64,000 bases of DNA, from positions 25,854,001 through 25,918,000 of the forward strand of contig NW_027361675.1 in the NCBI RefSeq assembly GCF_039654945.1, read 5' to 3'. The notes below the pieces were generated by a model. That model had not been told where the DNA came from, did no database searches, and saw nothing but the letters and a program-made list of their open reading frames with translations. Within the stretch, counting starts at the first letter, position 1. Each line of letters begins with the position of its first letter. This DNA comes from Dendrobates tinctorius (taxonomy: Eukaryota). Shown here piece by piece: positions 61,759 to 64,000 of the stretch. A program made the translations under genes and the position numbers.

Positions 61759-64000
61759 TAGTGTTGAGCGATACCATCCGATACCCCAAAATATCGGATC
61801 GGATGGTGTCAGCCCGATACAAAAAAAGTATCGAGTATCGCCGATTCCGATACCGGAAGTCCCATTCAAGTCTATGGGACTTCCGGTATCGGAATAAGAA
61901 AAACCCTTTTCTGTCCTTGTACAGCCTCTCGGGGGGGTGTACGGACCTTCCGGGGGTCTGTGCCGACTGCCCGGGGGTCTGTGCGGACTGCCGGGGGTCT
62001 GTGCCGGCCTGCCGGTGGCCTGTACCGACTGTCCGGGGGTCTGTGCAGGCTGCGGTGGGCTGTGCCGGCCTGCCGGTGGTCTGTACCGACTGTCCGGGGG
62101 TCTGTGCAGGCTGCGGTGGGCTGTGCCGGCCTGCCGGTGGTCTGTACCGGCCTGCCGGGGGGCTGTGCCGGCCTGCCGGGGGGCTGTGCCGACTGTCCGG
62201 GGCTCTGTGCAGGCTGCGGGGGTCTGTGCAGGATCGTCCGATGGGACTACAAGTCCCATCGGGCGATGCCTGCTACCATGACGGTGATTGACACATTAGC
62301 CAATGATGGGACAGTAGTAGTCCCATCATCCGGCTAATGTGTTGAATGTACAAAAAAAAAAATACATACTACATACATACTACATACATCCTACATACAT
62401 ACTACATGCTACATACATACTACATACATGCTATATACATACTACATATATACTACATGCATGCAACATACATACATACTACATATATACCACATATATA
62501 CTACATGCATGCAACATACATATGTACTACATGCAACATACATACTACATATATACTACATGCATGCAACATACATACTACATATATACCACATATATAC
62601 TACATGCATGCAACATACATATATACTACATGCAACATGCATACAACATATATACTACATGCATGGAACATATATACTACATGCATGCAACATGCATACT
62701 ACATATATACCACATATATACCACATTCATGCAACATACATATATACTACATGCAACATGCATACTACATATATACTACATGCATGGAACATACATACAT
62801 ACATACTACATATATACCACATGCAACATGCATACTACATATATACCACATATATACTACATGCATGCAACATACATATATACTACATATATACTACATG
62901 CAACATGCATACTACATATATACCACATGCATGCAACATGCATACATACTACTAGTGTTGAGCATTCCGATACTGCAAATATCAGGTATCGGCCGATATT
63001 CGCTGTATAGGAATTCCGATACCGAGTACCGATATTTTTTCAATATCGGATATCGGAATCGGAAGTTCCCATAATGCAAAGAGCCACTGCTGTGGCTCTG
63101 ATTGGCTGCCGAAATGACGTCATCATGAAGCGCGGTCTGTGCGCATCATGATGCGCCGTCAGTTCGGGCTTTCCGGGGGGGTCTATGCCGACTGCCCGGG
63201 GGTCTGTGCCGACTGCCCGGGGCTCTGTACCGGCCTGCCGGGGGTCTGTGCCGACTGCCTGGGGGTCTGTGCCGACTGCCCGGGGGTCTGTACCGGCCTG
63301 CCGGTGGTCTGTACTGACAGTCCGGGCGTCTGTGCAGGCTGCGGGGGTCTGTGCCGACTGTCCGGGGGTCTGAGCAGACTGCCGGTGGTCTGTACCGGCC
63401 TGCCGGGGGGCTGTGCCGACTGTCCGGGGGTCTGTGCAGGCTGCGGGGGTCTGTACCGGCCTGCCGAGGGGCTGTGCCGGCCTGCCGGGGGGCTGTGCCG
63501 GCCTGCCGGTGGTCTATCCCGACTGTCCGGGGGTCTGAGCAGGCTGCGGGGGTCTGTACCGGCCTGCCGGGGGGGGCTGTGCCGGCCTGCCGGTGGTCTG
63601 TACCGACTGTCCGGGGGTCTGAGCGGACTGCCGGGGGTCTGTACCGACTGTCCAGGGGTCTGAGCGGACTGCCGTGGGTCTGTACTGACTGTCCGGGGGT
63701 CTGTACTGGCCTGCCGGGGGGCTGTGTCGGCCTGCCGGTGGTCTGTACCGACTGTCTGGGGGTCTGTGCAGGCTGCGGGGGTCTGTACCGGCCTGCCGGG
63801 GGGTTGTGCCGGCCTGCCGGTGGTCTATACCGACTGCCCCGGGGTCTGAGCAGGCTGCGGGGGTCTGTGCAGGATCGTCCGATGGGACTACAAGTCCCAT
63901 CGGGCGATGCCTGCTACCATGACGGTGATTGACACATTAGCCAATGATGGGACAGTAGTAGTCCCATCATCCGGCTAATGTGTTGAATGTACAAAAAAAA
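61759..64000 (+). repeat. hAT-like elements (ends tagtgttgagc at 61759 and 62953) with GC-rich minisatellite arrays (61940-62230, 63170-63870) and a TACATA-type low-complexity tract (62362-62952)
   Basis: Two related left termini; repeated gggggtctgtgccgactg/ggcctgcc units; shared about 140-bp block at 62219-62360 and 63860-64000. Confidence 0.75.

Noticed and set aside
61720-63932. Cys/Gly-rich and His/Tyr-rich long ORFs
   Set aside because: Low-complexity tandem repeats open in several frames with no splice context.

Overview
Vertebrate genomic DNA, most likely a frog (inferred from the repeat complement). Positions 1-27.7 kb hold the 3' part of KDM1A/LSD1 on the + strand: 11 coding exons (3749-27316) that splice into one open frame, polyA signal at 27655. 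Positions 36.8-46.7 kb hold a TATA/5'TOP non-coding snoRNA host gene carrying homologues of SNORA16, SNORA44, SNORD99, SNORD65 and SNORD49; in human these are split between two hosts (SNHG12 and SNHG29). The rest is repeat-rich: four DIRS tyrosine-recombinase retrotransposons (one nearly intact), L2 and Rex1-type LINE fragments, a V-SINE, a solo LTR with an inverted extra end, many nested MITEs, and minisatellites. The most unusual signal is in the unique KDM1A intron sequence. Several series of short, colinear, G-U-compatible complementary segments bracket exons or exon groups, and one masks a candidate in-frame 66-nt cassette exon. This suggests a gene-wide pre-mRNA duplex scaffold. The pairings were found by eye and need folding, shuffling and conservation tests. 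snoRNA names come from my recall of the human sequences, not from a search.
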